Below, in pieces: positions 30,059 through 40,685 of a stretch of 59,136 nucleotides of DNA. The notes beneath the pieces were generated by a model. That model was not told the origin of the DNA and did no database searches. It was given only the letters and a program-made list of their open reading frames with translations. The first letter of the stretch is position 1. Every line of letters starts with the position of its first letter. The DNA comes from an uncultured Bacilli bacterium. GTDB lineage: Bacteria; Bacillota_I; Bacilli_A; RF39; UBA660. The stretch covers positions 1 to 59,136 of the forward strand of contig CALVXM010000004.1 of NCBI GenBank assembly GCA_944371305.1. Reading direction: 5' to 3'. The position numbers were made by a program, and so were the translations under genes.

Positions 30059-31840
30059 TTATTTGACAATATCTCTTAATCCTTTTAATATTTCAACCAT
30101 CGCCCAAGTATCCTGTTTACAATAATCAATTAGTTTTTGATATTTATAATCATACTCTACTTTATCCATTTGTTTAAATTTTGCATAAGTTACTAAAGCA
30201 TCAACGCCATTAGCTATTTCCATTCCCTTATAAGTTAAATTACTAAATAACGGTAATATTTTTTTGATAGAAAATGAACCTTGCATATCTTCATGGTAAT
30301 AATTAAATAAGCTAGCTTCTTTTTTATTATACCCCATATCTTCATATAAAGAGGTCTTAGTTTTAATAATATTCATAAGATCAAAAACATGATTATGAAT
30401 ATTCATCAATTCGTCTTGATATTGAGGAAAAATTGAAGCTAACTCTTTTAATCTACTTTTTTCAAAGGAATCGTTATATACCAAAACAGTGCCATCGCCT
30501 TTAATATATTTAATTAATTCTTTAATTAGTTCTTCTCGATGATCAAATTCATCTCTAGCTAAATAACCATAGTGATCTTTTTCTTTGTCACAAATTCCTG
30601 GCTTTTTTTCAATATGTAAAGAAAATTGAAAAACTGATTGACTATAAGGTTTTTCTCCTTTAAAACGCGGTAAAGGGCAAGGAAATGTTTCAAAATCAAG
30701 GTGGTAAATAGGATATGTAATCATATTGATACCATCTTTTATTTTATCTTTATTGACATAAGGAGTTTGGGTTTCAACTACTTGTTTTTGAATAATATTT
30801 TTTTCTCTAATTAAATCTTGATCATCGATATCGAAAATACTAGTTTTACCTTCATTTATTAATTGATAAACATCATATTTTTTATTGTTGATTTTAAAGC
30901 CATGATGATTATCTAAATAAGTTAAAATAGAATTTTTATTAGGTAATATATCAAAACATAAATCAAAATAACAGCATTGACTAGATTTTTTATTCTCACA
31001 AAATTGACCAAGTGGAACTCTTTTATTATCTAAACTAGCAATATATTGTTCTAACTTTTCTCTTTCTTTTGCTATTTTAATTAAATAATCTTTAGTCAAA
31101 TTAGTAAAATCAAAATAACTGATAATATCTTGATCATTAATAGTATCGTACTTTGGTACTCCTTTTTCATATTTACCATCAAAAACATAATCACTATTTA
31201 AAACTGCTAAATAATATTTAATTTTATTGATTTTATCTTCTTGTTTATTTTGAATCAAATCATTTTCAATAATATATCTTTGAACCGCTAAATCAAAAAC
31301 ATAATGCCCCGCACTATCAAAACGATCTAATAATTTATTTCTTATTTGACAATATTTATCATCAACACTTTCAAAATCTTCTTTTAAATGATATATTCCA
31401 TCTTTTTTGACAAAAATATCATTACTTAAAAATTTCTTACTAGTTGTTGCTTTAACTTCAATAATATTAAAATGATCATCTACTTCATTATAAATATCGA
31501 CATAACAAATATATCTAATTCCATTAATCTTACAATCAAAACTTTCTTGATCAAAGGTGTTATAAGCAAATTTAAAACTACCTTTAAAATACTTACTAGC
31601 TAAAGATCCAGCCAAGATTTCGACTTCATTATAATAAGGTAGCATCACTTCTAAATGTTCATCTACTTTCTCATCTAAATCCATCATTCCTAATAATTCT
31701 TTAGTTTGTTCTTCTAATTCTTCTTGTTTATATTCTTTTAAGGAAACATCACTATTTAATATTTCTTCCTTTAAATCATCTAAAGCCACAAACCTAGGGC
31801 ATCTAGTATAATTAATAAATTTAGTCTTCGTTATGGCCAT
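30059..31840 (-). CDS. DUF2779 domain protein (PD-(D/E)XK-like plus RNase H-like domains)
   Basis: IIEVKATT, LDFETF, FSLHI, GSFSIKKILP, YCKQDT motifs. Confidence 0.85.
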   Translation of the reverse strand: MAITKTKFINYTRCPRFVALDDLKEEILNSDVSLKEYKQEELEEQTKELLGMMDLDEKVDEHLEVMLPYYNEVEILAGSLASKYFKGSFKFAYNTFDQESFDCKINGIRYICYVDIYNEVDDHFNIIEVKATTSKKFLSNDIFVKKDGIYHLKEDFESVDDKYCQIRNKLLDRFDSAGHYVFDLAVQRYIIENDLIQNKQEDKINKIKYYLAVLNSDYVFDGKYEKGVPKYDTINDQDIISYFDFTNLTKDYLIKIAKEREKLEQYIASLDNKRVPLGQFCENKKSSQCCYFDLCFDILPNKNSILTYLDNHHGFKINNKKYDVYQLINEGKTSIFDIDDQDLIREKNIIQKQVVETQTPYVNKDKIKDGINMITYPIYHLDFETFPCPLPRFKGEKPYSQSVFQFSLHIEKKPGICDKEKDHYGYLARDEFDHREELIKELIKYIKGDGTVLVYNDSFEKSRLKELASIFPQYQDELMNIHNHVFDLMNIIKTKTSLYEDMGYNKKEASLFNYYHEDMQGSFSIKKILPLFSNLTYKGMEIANGVDALVTYAKFKQMDKVEYDYKYQKLIDYCKQDTWAMVEILKGLRDIVK

Positions 31841-32486
31841 ATTTCACCTTTATATTTTCATATATCTCATCGATTTTCTTACAATCATAAATTCTTTTGT
31901 TTAATCTTTTATCTAACGTATCATATATAAGTCTTAAACTAGTTAACCATACCCCTGTCACCTTAAATATAATATTACTATTTAAAACAAAATAATGATT
32001 AATATCTTCATTTTTTAAGACAAAAGGATTATCTATCTTTCTACCATCAATTAACCATTGATCATCTTTGATATCACCAGTTAAAGTTCCTTTTTTATTA
32101 AAACTAGTAATCTCAAATACCCCAGCTTCATTAATAATTATTAAATTATTTTTAATAATCAATGATTTTTGATAAGTTTTTAAATTATTTAATTCCGCTA
32201 AAATAATATCACTTTTAGAAAATTTAATATATTTTTTTCTAAAAGGACTATTGTTATCACCATATTTTTTAAAACCGGCTAAAATCTTAATCACAAAAAA
32301 AGTATTAAAAATGACTAATATCCCATAGACAATATTAATTGTTGCCTTTAGTATTACAGCAGCTTCTCCTGAAGATGATAACATCAAATGAATTTCAAAT
32401 ACTACCTTACCTAAAACAATTGGAAAAACAAATCCATAAAGAATTACTAAAGCAATCAATATTTTCCTTTTTACATCTCTATTCAC
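31821..32486 (-). CDS. Membrane protein with a degenerate NERD-like domain
   Basis: Two N-terminal TMs, then IINEAGVFEI...GDIKDDQW...NPF. Confidence 0.55.
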   Translation of the reverse strand: MNRDVKRKILIALVILYGFVFPIVLGKVVFEIHLMLSSSGEAAVILKATINIVYGILVIFNTFFVIKILAGFKKYGDNNSPFRKKYIKFSKSDIILAELNNLKTYQKSLIIKNNLIIINEAGVFEITSFNKKGTLTGDIKDDQWLIDGRKIDNPFVLKNEDINHYFVLNSNIIFKVTGVWLTSLRLIYDTLDKRLNKRIYDCKKIDEIYENIKVKYGHNED

Positions 32487-32772
32487 CTTATACCACCTAT
32501 ATTAATGATAACATATTTTAAAGAAAAAAACATAGTTAAATGTTCAAAAACATTAAAACTATATTTATAAAATTTAATAATAATCTTCTTATTTTTATGA
32601 TTAAAATTTTCTCAATTTATATTATTACCTAAAAAAATGTTTACTAACAAAAGCATCAATTTAAAACTGATGCTTTATACTACCTTTTGTATTCTCCATA
32701 GAGGTCTAAAAAAAGAGTAATTTTAGTAATTTAATATTAAACTAAATATTGTCCTTTACTTTATATTATCAC

Positions 32773-33333
32773 CTAAAATTGAACTTTAACATTTTCTTTT
32801 TCAGTAGCAGTTGCTTCAAAGAATTGTTCTTGTTTAAATCCTAACATTCCGGCAATAAGAACTGTGGGAAACATTTCAATAGCATTTTTATATTTTAAAA
32901 CTGAATCATTATAAAATTGTCTTGCAAATGAAATTTTATCTTCTACTTCTTTTAAATTTTCTTGTAAATTTTTAAAATTACTATCTGCTTTTAATTCAGG
33001 ATATGCTTCACTTAAAGCTATTAATTTATTTAATGCAGCACTTAATTGATTATCTGCATTCATTTCATCACCTGGTGTTTTAGCACCTAAAGCAGTATTT
33101 CTTGCTTCAACAACTGCAGTTAATGTATCATTTTCGTGTTTTGCATAACCTTTTACTGTTTCAACAATATTTGGAATTAAATCAAATCTCTTTTTTAATT
33201 GAACATCAACTTGACTCCATTGATCTTTTACTTTGTTTCTTAATTGAACTAAATTATTATAAGTTATAATAATCCATGCAACTAATATAATTATAATTAA
33301 AATAACAACCCCTAAAATAATATAACCATTCAT
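32773..33333 (-). CDS. lemA: LemA family protein
   Basis: WSQVDVQLKKRFDLIPN, EAYPELKA, ARQFYND. Confidence 0.96.
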   Translation of the reverse strand: MNGYIILGVVILIIIILVAWIIITYNNLVQLRNKVKDQWSQVDVQLKKRFDLIPNIVETVKGYAKHENDTLTAVVEARNTALGAKTPGDEMNADNQLSAALNKLIALSEAYPELKADSNFKNLQENLKEVEDKISFARQFYNDSVLKYKNAIEMFPTVLIAGMLGFKQEQFFEATATEKENVKVQF

Positions 33334-33742
33334 TTCTTTACCTCCACTCTATATTATTCATCATCTAAATGTTAATGTATTAGTATCATCATATTGATAA
33401 TGATACCAAATTGTTTTGTTGGTAATTAACAGTTTATCAAACATTATAATTGTTAGTCATTGTATTGATTACCTGATACATCTACATTATTTTGCAACTT
33501 TTTATTACTAAACTGACCATTAAAATTATCTATACTTTTCTCCTCCCCTATCTTTAATAATTGTAACATACAATTTGACTTTTTTTAAGCATTTTATGTA
33601 AAATAATTCAATTTTTTTCAAATTTATACATTTTTTAACCAAAACTGATAGTTTATCAAAAAAAGTAAGATTTATAAACTTTTTTAGTTAATATAAAGCA
33701 ACCTTACATATTGATTATACAACATTTTCCATAAAATAAAAG

Positions 33743-33798
33743 ACTATCAACAATTTTATTTGTCAACAGTCTGAAAGCATCAATTTAAATTGATGCTT
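33743..33798 (-). terminator. Two tandem hairpins closing the toxin island
   Basis: AAGCATCAA-TTTAAA-TTGATGCTT and AGACTGTTGACAA...TTGTTGATAGTCT followed by a T run. Confidence 0.65.
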
Positions 33799-34579
33799 AT
33801 TTAATTTTACTATTTAATCTTTGCTGTTTTTTTTCTAAGCTAGTCACTGATGATTTACATATATTTCTTACTATTGTGTCTTTATCATTAACATATTTTT
33901 GAAATATTGGTAATAATTCTATCTTTTTATATTTCTTTAAACTTTTAAGAGCAAATATTATCGTTTCCCTTTCTTTTGTTAATTCAATTAATTTAGAAAT
34001 TGCTTCTTCTATTTTTAACTCACCACATACAAACATTATCCCCCATCTTTCTGACCCTAATTCATCATTATTTAACATTTCTAAATATAAATCTTTATAT
34101 TTTATATTCTTTGTTCGAAGAAAAAAATTTGAATACATATCGCATAATATTCCTTTGTTAAGTTTATCAACATTTGCATATCTTACTAATTCCTTTGCAA
34201 AAAAGGGAATCAAATCATGATTTTCAGGTGAAAACAAGCATCCTACATAACATGCTTTATCATTTAATAATGTACTTTTATTATAAAATTCCAAAACTAT
34301 ATCTCTTGTTTCTTTTGGATGCTCTTGACAATAATATTTCAATTCATCCCATATTTTAAATTTTATTTTTTCTTTTCTCATCCTATTATCAAATTCTAAT
34401 AATGTACTACCTTCATCTGGTTTCCACTTTTTTTCTTCTTTTAGATCATCTTTATACAAAGCTGCTGCTATAGCATTTTCTACTGAACCGTATATTAATT
34501 TATATATTTCTTGCTTTACATCTGAAATTTTTGATTTTATTATCAACTTAATATTTTTTTTCTTTTTCTTCTTCTTCAT
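33797..34579 (-). CDS. HEAT-repeat-like protein, candidate immunity protein
   Basis: C-terminal helical repeats (GELKIEEAISKLIEL, ALKSL, DKDTIVR) at the end of the Rhs cassette array. Confidence 0.55.
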   Translation of the reverse strand: MKKKKKKKNIKLIIKSKISDVKQEIYKLIYGSVENAIAAALYKDDLKEEKKWKPDEGSTLLEFDNRMRKEKIKFKIWDELKYYCQEHPKETRDIVLEFYNKSTLLNDKACYVGCLFSPENHDLIPFFAKELVRYANVDKLNKGILCDMYSNFFLRTKNIKYKDLYLEMLNNDELGSERWGIMFVCGELKIEEAISKLIELTKERETIIFALKSLKKYKKIELLPIFQKYVNDKDTIVRNICKSSVTSLEKKQQRLNSKIK

Positions 34580-34609
34580 TTCACACCTACCATGGTAAAT
34601 ATTTCTATG

Positions 34610-34795
34610 TTTTTTAAATTTTTATTAATTTATTAGTTTTATAAAAATAAATATAAGAATTGAAACACTAACTCTATAATTAAATAAGGATTATTAATCA
34701 TATTTTTCTTTCTTACAACATTCCATTTTGCATCATCGAAATAAATTTCAAGACCTAAATCTTCTATTTCATATGTTTTAGCAACCACAAACATT
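34610..34795 (-). pseudogene. Internally deleted copy of the 39921-40613 gene
   Basis: KTYEIEDLGLEIYFDDAKWNVV matches its N-part; 34625-34685 matches its 3' end (about 39945-40005). Confidence 0.8.
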
Positions 34796-34803
34796 ATAAT
34801 AAA

Positions 34804-35343
34804 CTATTTCCTTCTTCCTATTATGACATTAGGATTTTTTTCTTTTATGACTATACTAATATCATCAACAATGAAAGGACCAAAAAAAGGATATTTTATT
34901 AAAAATTTAATTTTCTCGTTTTTATTTGTATACACATATAAATACTTTGCCAAATAATAACTGTTACCCATTGTTAAACGATATCTCTTATACATTAATA
35001 CAATATCACTATATTTAATTATTTTAAATCTTTTAATATTTATTAAATAATCATCTAATAATATATAATTCCATTTAGAATAAAAAATAGGTTTTTCTAT
35101 TTGCAGTTGCAAATTTTTATAATCTCCAATATTTAAATTTTTTAAATAAATTGATTGTTTAGCAAGCGTTTTTATGAATTTAAATAAATAAATCAAAATT
35201 AATGGATAAAAAATAAGTATGTTTACAATCTCTCCAAAATTCCTTAAAGCTGTTGCTATCATAAATAATAAAATTATCATAAATATAAATTCAATTGATA
35301 TTCTAATATATGATTCTAATATCAATTTTCGAAATTTTTTCAT
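34804..35343 (-). CDS. Hypothetical membrane protein in the immunity array
   Basis: Two N-terminal TMs, RBS GAGGT; relic paralog at 42305-42465. Confidence 0.65.
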   Translation of the reverse strand: MKKFRKLILESYIRISIEFIFMIILLFMIATALRNFGEIVNILIFYPLILIYLFKFIKTLAKQSIYLKNLNIGDYKNLQLQIEKPIFYSKWNYILLDDYLINIKRFKIIKYSDIVLMYKRYRLTMGNSYYLAKYLYVYTNKNEKIKFLIKYPFFGPFIVDDISIVIKEKNPNVIIGRRK

Positions 35344-35345
35344 TA

Positions 35346-35588
35346 CTAATTACCTCGTATAATCAATTCTTGTGAGAAGTTATAATAATAAGTGTTAGTC
35401 ATTTTATTTAAATTTAAAATTCGTTCAAACTTATCATAAGTATAACTTATGGTATGACCATTACCATAAATACTACTTAATAGATTAACATTATTTTTTT
35501 CATAATTAAAACTATATTCTTTATTATTCTGAATTATTTTAGATAATAATGTCCCTTCATACTCATAATTGAATATAATATCTCACTG
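35346..35588 (-). pseudogene. Relic of Rhs shell (YD-repeat) sequence
   Basis: YEYEGTLLSKIIQNNKEYSFNY and SSIYGNGHTISYTYDKFER match the Rhs segment at about 46290-46545. Confidence 0.75.
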
Positions 35589-35593
35589 TTTTT

Positions 35594-35622
35594 ATTTTAC
35601 CAAACAATATATATCTTGTCTA
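35594..35622 (-). promoter_or_regulatory. Cassette promoter copy 3
   Basis: TAGACA-17 nt-TAAAAT with TG extension; same spacer as 37016 and 43599 apart from one base. Confidence 0.7.
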
Positions 35623-35745
35623 ATTAAAATTACCAATTATAAATTGATAATTTATTTATCATCAACCATTAAATCTTATTATTTAATTATTCATTTTAAC
35701 AATCGTTTACCAATTAATGATATCCCAGATACCCTAATTATAACA

Positions 35746-36492
35746 TTATTTATTTTCTATATTTTTTATATCGAAATCAATTATTTCTTGTGTATTAATA
35801 TTAATATAAAATAATACATTGTAAATATTATTTTCAGTTTCTATATTATACCTCACTAAAAACATATTATTTTCATCATGAGGAATATATTTTTTGTCTC
35901 TAGAAACTCTTTTAATATCTTTTAATTCTATTACTAATTCATTTAAATTGTATATTTTAGGTATTATATCACTATCAATTTGTTTATACCAATTATGATA
36001 AGAAGCAGTCATTATAATAACGAAAAAAGATATAAATATCAAAATTGAAATTATTATCATTTTCTTTGATTTTGTTTTTTGTCTAGATCTTACTTTTATT
36101 ACTAAATTTTTGTCAATGACATTGGTTTTATATACGTAATCTCCAATACTTTTATTACTTATTAATATTGTTATAATATTGACTCCTAAAAATAATAATG
36201 AAACAATATTCCTTTTTATAAGGATTTTTTTACTATCAATTAGTTCTCCATTATCGCTAACAATAACTAAATTAAATATTTTCTTTCCTAAACTATAATT
36301 GTTTAAAAATATATCTTTTAAAACTATTAATAATAAAAATGATGAACTACAAACTATAACAACCAAAACCAAAAATGAAGTAGAAGATAATAAATCTGGT
36401 TTAAAACAAGTTGTAACATTCATTAAAATGGTAGATATTAAAACAATAATTGTAAAATCTACAAAATTTGATAATAACCTTTTTATTTTCAT
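35746..36492 (-). CDS. RDD family membrane protein with C-terminal extension
   Basis: KRLLSNFVD (R-D), SLGKKIFNL, LIKRN, IGDYVYKTNV. Confidence 0.8.
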   Translation of the reverse strand: MKIKRLLSNFVDFTIIVLISTILMNVTTCFKPDLLSSTSFLVLVVIVCSSSFLLLIVLKDIFLNNYSLGKKIFNLVIVSDNGELIDSKKILIKRNIVSLLFLGVNIITILISNKSIGDYVYKTNVIDKNLVIKVRSRQKTKSKKMIIISILIFISFFVIIMTASYHNWYKQIDSDIIPKIYNLNELVIELKDIKRVSRDKKYIPHDENNMFLVRYNIETENNIYNVLFYININTQEIIDFDIKNIENK

Positions 36493-36595
36493 AATTAAAA
36501 CTACCTCAATTCATCATAATATATTATTTAAGAAAATATTAACAATTTTAAATTAGTACTTTTTACTTATATCTAAGGCTATTTATTACTATACA

Positions 36596-37005
36596 TTAAA
36601 TCCTATTTTTAAACGAATTCCAAGCAAAGCTAATTTTTTGTAAAATATTATTAACGGTATTGATAACGGAATTTACAATTTTATTCGCTGTATTTACTAC
36701 AGTCTTACAAATAGTTTTCATACCATTCTTCCAATGGCCATATAAATTTTTTATTGTATCAAATAAAAAGCTAGATATATCAAAACTATTAATAAAATTA
36801 TTTAAAACATAAACATATAAATTATTTCCTAACAAATTATTTTTCTGAACTAATATGTCATCAGCATTTATAAATCTACCCCAAGTAGGATTATAATATC
36901 TACTATTTAAATAATATAAACCAGTCTCATCATCATAATAATAACTACGATATCTAAATGGATTAATATATGCTATATGATTAGTATCAGTTATTACATT
37001 ATCTA
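36596..37005 (-). pseudogene. Orphan Rhs core plus truncated C-terminal tip (cassette 2)
   Basis: Start-less frame TDTNHIAYINPFRYRSYYYDDETGLYYLNSRYYNPTWGRFINAD...NLYVY; DPxG degenerate (DISS); short tip. Confidence 0.8.
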
Positions 37006-37015
37006 ATCTATATTT

Positions 37016-37044
37016 ATTTTACCAAACAATATATATTTTGTCTA
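37016..37044 (-). promoter_or_regulatory. Cassette promoter copy 2
   Basis: TAGACA-AAATATATATTGTTTGG-TAAAAT, preceded by the AAATATTGAT/ATCAATATTT hairpin. Confidence 0.75.
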
Positions 37045-37086
37045 ATGGAAAAATATTGATATATTTCTACATCAATATTTTAAAAC

Positions 37087-37914
37087 TTACTCATTCCAAT
37101 TATTATATACATTTATAATATATTCTTCAAATTCTTTCCAAAATATATAAGTATACAAACCAATACTGTTAGGATCTTTATTTGGTATTTTTTTATAGCT
37201 TTTATCGTTACCTAAAAATATTAATTTATTTTTTGGTATTACTCTTAACGATGTGTTTAAAAAACTAATTAAATAACTATCAATATTATTTATTTTATTT
37301 TTCTTATACATATGTAAGCCACATTGTGGTAAATATTCATATTTTTTTAACTCTTCAATTGATAATATATTATCGCTTATCACATTGTAAACATGTACTC
37401 TTGGTATTATACAATCATTTTCCCAAGTATCATTATCAACTTTTACAAAAAATATATATTTATTATAAAATCCATTCTCTTTAGCATATTCACCATCAAA
37501 CTTATAGGCATATGTATCACCGTTTTGCCAATCTGTTATATATGGTTTGCGAATATATATTTTCTTTTCTTCTGGCTGTTGACTATTCAATTTAACTTCT
37601 AATTCTTCTAATACTTTTTTTCTCTTACTATATAGCTTTTCATTTTCTTTCCAAAGTTCTAAATTTTCAGGCATTAGTTTAATGGCTGTATTCTTTACTT
37701 CATCTGTTAATCTTCCGTACTTCCATTGTGTATCAGCTAATGCTAACCAAACCAAAGGTGTATCACAATCTTCATAATCATAAGCTTCCCATGATTCAAT
37801 AACTTTATTCATTGCTTCTTCAGAAGTCATTCCTTTTTTTAAATATCCTATGTATTCCTCTTTTACATCACATGTTACATCATCTGAATATAAACCTGGT
37901 CCCCATGCTCCCAT
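37087..37914 (-). CDS. Immunity protein paralog (DUF4259-like N-terminus)
   Basis: MGAWGPGLYSDD start behind GGAGGT; colinear paralog of 43670-44497; preceded by a LTYVGN-stop toxin remnant. Confidence 0.8.
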   Translation of the reverse strand: MGAWGPGLYSDDVTCDVKEEYIGYLKKGMTSEEAMNKVIESWEAYDYEDCDTPLVWLALADTQWKYGRLTDEVKNTAIKLMPENLELWKENEKLYSKRKKVLEELEVKLNSQQPEEKKIYIRKPYITDWQNGDTYAYKFDGEYAKENGFYNKYIFFVKVDNDTWENDCIIPRVHVYNVISDNILSIEELKKYEYLPQCGLHMYKKNKINNIDSYLISFLNTSLRVIPKNKLIFLGNDKSYKKIPNKDPNSIGLYTYIFWKEFEEYIINVYNNWNE

Positions 37915-37983
37915 ATTTTTTACCTCCTTAATTTCCAACATATGTTAATAATTATCCATATTTACTAATATTATTAAACAACT

Positions 37984-38730
37984 TTATTTATCATTAACTA
38001 TTAAATCTTTAATATATCTCTTAAACTTACTCTTTAGTTTTTTATATCTTAAAACAGCAAAATCTTCTATTTGACTTGGAATATATAATTTTCCTGTACT
38101 AAATGATAGTCCTACTGGAAAATTATATTTTTTATAATATTGATAAACAGCTCTTTCTATATATCTTTTAAAATATTTGTTCAATTTGTCGACATTTATA
38201 ATATAAAATATATTAATATTTTTATTAGGATTTAATTTTTTGTTTTCTATTAAATAAACTTCAAAATCTTTAAAATGTTTTTTTTCAAATTCATTTAATA
38301 TCGTTTCATTCATTTCTTTCAAATGTATTAATACAAAAACATAGTCATCAAAATAGCTCTTTTTAATAGCATAATTAATTACATAGTTATTAGTTTTAAA
38401 TTCTTTAAAATCGCTATATCCATCATTATATAGTTTATCATATAATTTATCCTGAAATTCTTTATAGTTTTCATATTTTATTTTATATTTTTTAAATTTT
38501 TTTGATTCAATATTAATTTTACAAATTAATATAATCATTATAATACCACTTGCAAGATATAAACTACCAAATACTTTATATCCAAAATAACAACAAAAAA
38601 CGTTATATTTACCAAACAAACCAATTTCTGAACCAATAATAAATATAAGAAAAAGAATCATAAATATTAGACAAATAATGATAGATGTTTTTGCCAAAAA
38701 CTTTTTTTGTTTATTTTTCATCAATATCAC
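37984..38730 (-). CDS. Hypothetical membrane protein
   Basis: Two N-terminal TM helices; sits in the immunity array. Confidence 0.6.
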   Translation of the reverse strand: MILMKNKQKKFLAKTSIIICLIFMILFLIFIIGSEIGLFGKYNVFCCYFGYKVFGSLYLASGIIMIILICKINIESKKFKKYKIKYENYKEFQDKLYDKLYNDGYSDFKEFKTNNYVINYAIKKSYFDDYVFVLIHLKEMNETILNEFEKKHFKDFEVYLIENKKLNPNKNINIFYIINVDKLNKYFKRYIERAVYQYYKKYNFPVGLSFSTGKLYIPSQIEDFAVLRYKKLKSKFKRYIKDLIVNDK

Positions 38731-38769
38731 CTAAATTCCATAAATAAATCATTAAAGTAATAAATTTAA

Positions 38770-39129
38770 TTACTTAAATAAATAATCTTTAAAAATATTT
38801 AATTTGGTACCATTTATTTCAACTGTTTCTTCATCTAACCACTTCATTTCAGCATCTTTTTCATGATATACCCAATATATATTATATTTTTTATTAGTTT
38901 CGTTATTTAACACCTCTACTCTTAATGTCCAATCTACAGTAGCACCTCCACTATATCTATAAGATCTAAGTGTATATTCGCCAGTTGGAGAATCTAAGTT
39001 TTCTAAATGTTCACCTATTGGCAAGTCTAACATTACCACTCTAGTATTACAACGCACAACCATAAATATTATTATTAACATTATAAAAGTAAGTACCCAA
39101 TGCTTTTTAATTTTCTCTATCATAGGCAA
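38770..39129 (-). CDS. DUF5412 family protein
   Basis: SPTGEY...SGGATVDWTLRVEV...NIYW..HE...WLDEETVEING pattern. Confidence 0.75.
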   Translation of the reverse strand: MPMIEKIKKHWVLTFIMLIIIFMVVRCNTRVVMLDLPIGEHLENLDSPTGEYTLRSYRYSGGATVDWTLRVEVLNNETNKKYNIYWVYHEKDAEMKWLDEETVEINGTKLNIFKDYLFK

Positions 39130-39175
39130 TCGCTCCCATTCTTATAAAAACGCTATAATGTATTTACTAGAAATT

Positions 39176-39664
39176 TTATGTTTCAAAATAATACCAATTA
39201 TTTTCTAAATTTATAATTTTATTTATATTATAAAATTTCTTTATTTGATTTTCATCATACATTTTAGCAATATATTGACCAGAAAGAATTTGAGAATTAA
39301 ATAAATAAACTACATTATTATCATATTTATGTATATCTTTTAAATTAAGATTTTTTAACAAATTAATTGTATTTTCATATTTATATAATTCTTCAGTTAA
39401 AACTTCAGTCTTAGAATTATTATCATATTCAAAAACTAAAATTTTTTCTTTTTCAACTTCAACACTTATTTCTTCTTTTACTTTTAAAAGTTCATTTAAT
39501 GATTTTTCAAACATTTCTTTATTATTTTCAAATTGTTCAGTTATAATGTAATAATTTTCTTTTTCTCCCCAGAAAAAAGTTAAAACATGTTTAAACATAC
39601 CTAAAACAAACATTAAATAAATAATCAAAATTAAAATACAAATAAATATAAATTTATATTTCAT
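39176..39664 (-). CDS. Hypothetical membrane-anchored protein
   Basis: N-terminal TM, ends NWYYFET; RBS GAGGTG. Confidence 0.6.
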   Translation of the reverse strand: MKYKFIFICILILIIYLMFVLGMFKHVLTFFWGEKENYYIITEQFENNKEMFEKSLNELLKVKEEISVEVEKEKILVFEYDNNSKTEVLTEELYKYENTINLLKNLNLKDIHKYDNNVVYLFNSQILSGQYIAKMYDENQIKKFYNINKIINLENNWYYFET

Positions 39665-39735
39665 TCAAATTCACCTCAACAATTTCATTTGTAAAATATA
39701 TCTATACCATATTTTATACTATAATAGTCTATATA

Positions 39736-39780
39736 TCATAATAATAACTACGATATCTAAATGGATTAATATATGCTATA
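39736..39780 (-). repeat. 45-bp Rhs core remnant
   Basis: Identical to 36933-36977 (IAYINPFRYRSYYYD). Confidence 0.85.
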
Positions 39781-39920
39781 TTTCAATCTTATTGTCCTCT
39801 AATTAAAACTCTTTGTATTAACAATTTATTGACTTAATTTTATCAAAATAAATTAAATCTGTCTGATTAAGTATAAAAGTGCTAATATAACATATGTATT
39901 AGCACTTTTAATGTTAGTCA

Positions 39921-40613
39921 TTATTTTGTTTTATCTTTTTTAACTAATTTATTAGTTTTATAAAGATAAATATAAGCTATTGCTGCACCTACTCCATAAT
40001 CAAATGCTGTTTTAAATACATCTAACCAATCTATTGTAATAATTGGTTCATTATCTTCAATTTCTTTAAACACTATACTATCCACTATTTCTTTTATATT
40101 CGTTTGTTCATCTTGAGAAAATTTAGTTGCTTTTTGAGCTGTAAAAACATAATATTGAGAATTAATAATTATATAATAACTAATTGAATAAACTCTGTTT
40201 TCTGAATCATAATAATTTACTAAAACAAATTTATAATTGTTTTCATATACCTCATAATCATCTATATCAAGAGCTTCTGTTATTTCGGAGCCAAATTCAT
40301 TTATTTCTTGATCTTTATATCCTATAACTTGCAATTTAGATCTTACAAAAAACTCTATTATTTCTTCATCCTTATTTTCGGTTATTGCATATAGATAAAT
40401 AAAATTGTCTTCAAAAAATTTTTTCATAACACTTGGATTAGATTCATATTTTTCAAAGAAAGAATTATTAATCATATTATCCTTTGTTACAACATTCCAT
40501 TTTGTATCATCAAAATAAATTTCAAGACCTAAATCTTCTATTTCATATGTTTCAGCAAATACAAGCATTGGAAATAACATAACTGTTATCATAATTAACA
40601 ATATTTTTCTCAT
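39921..40613 (-). CDS. Hypothetical exported protein with a C-terminal TM anchor
   Basis: Signal peptide (VFA/ETY), acidic soluble domain, C-terminal hydrophobic helix; terminator at about 39875-39910. Confidence 0.7.
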   Translation of the reverse strand: MRKILLIMITVMLFPMLVFAETYEIEDLGLEIYFDDTKWNVVTKDNMINNSFFEKYESNPSVMKKFFEDNFIYLYAITENKDEEIIEFFVRSKLQVIGYKDQEINEFGSEITEALDIDDYEVYENNYKFVLVNYYDSENRVYSISYYIIINSQYYVFTAQKATKFSQDEQTNIKEIVDSIVFKEIEDNEPIITIDWLDVFKTAFDYGVGAAIAYIYLYKTNKLVKKDKTK

Positions 40614-40685
40614 ATAAATTCCTCAATTCTATTCTTTTAAAAGCTACTCCATAGATTACTTGTTCTTTTATATACAATTTATACA

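Noticed and set aside
33453-33549. Strong RBS followed by an ATA-start 26-codon frame upstream of lemA
   Set aside because: Possibly a dead gene start, but no recognisable homology to support a call.
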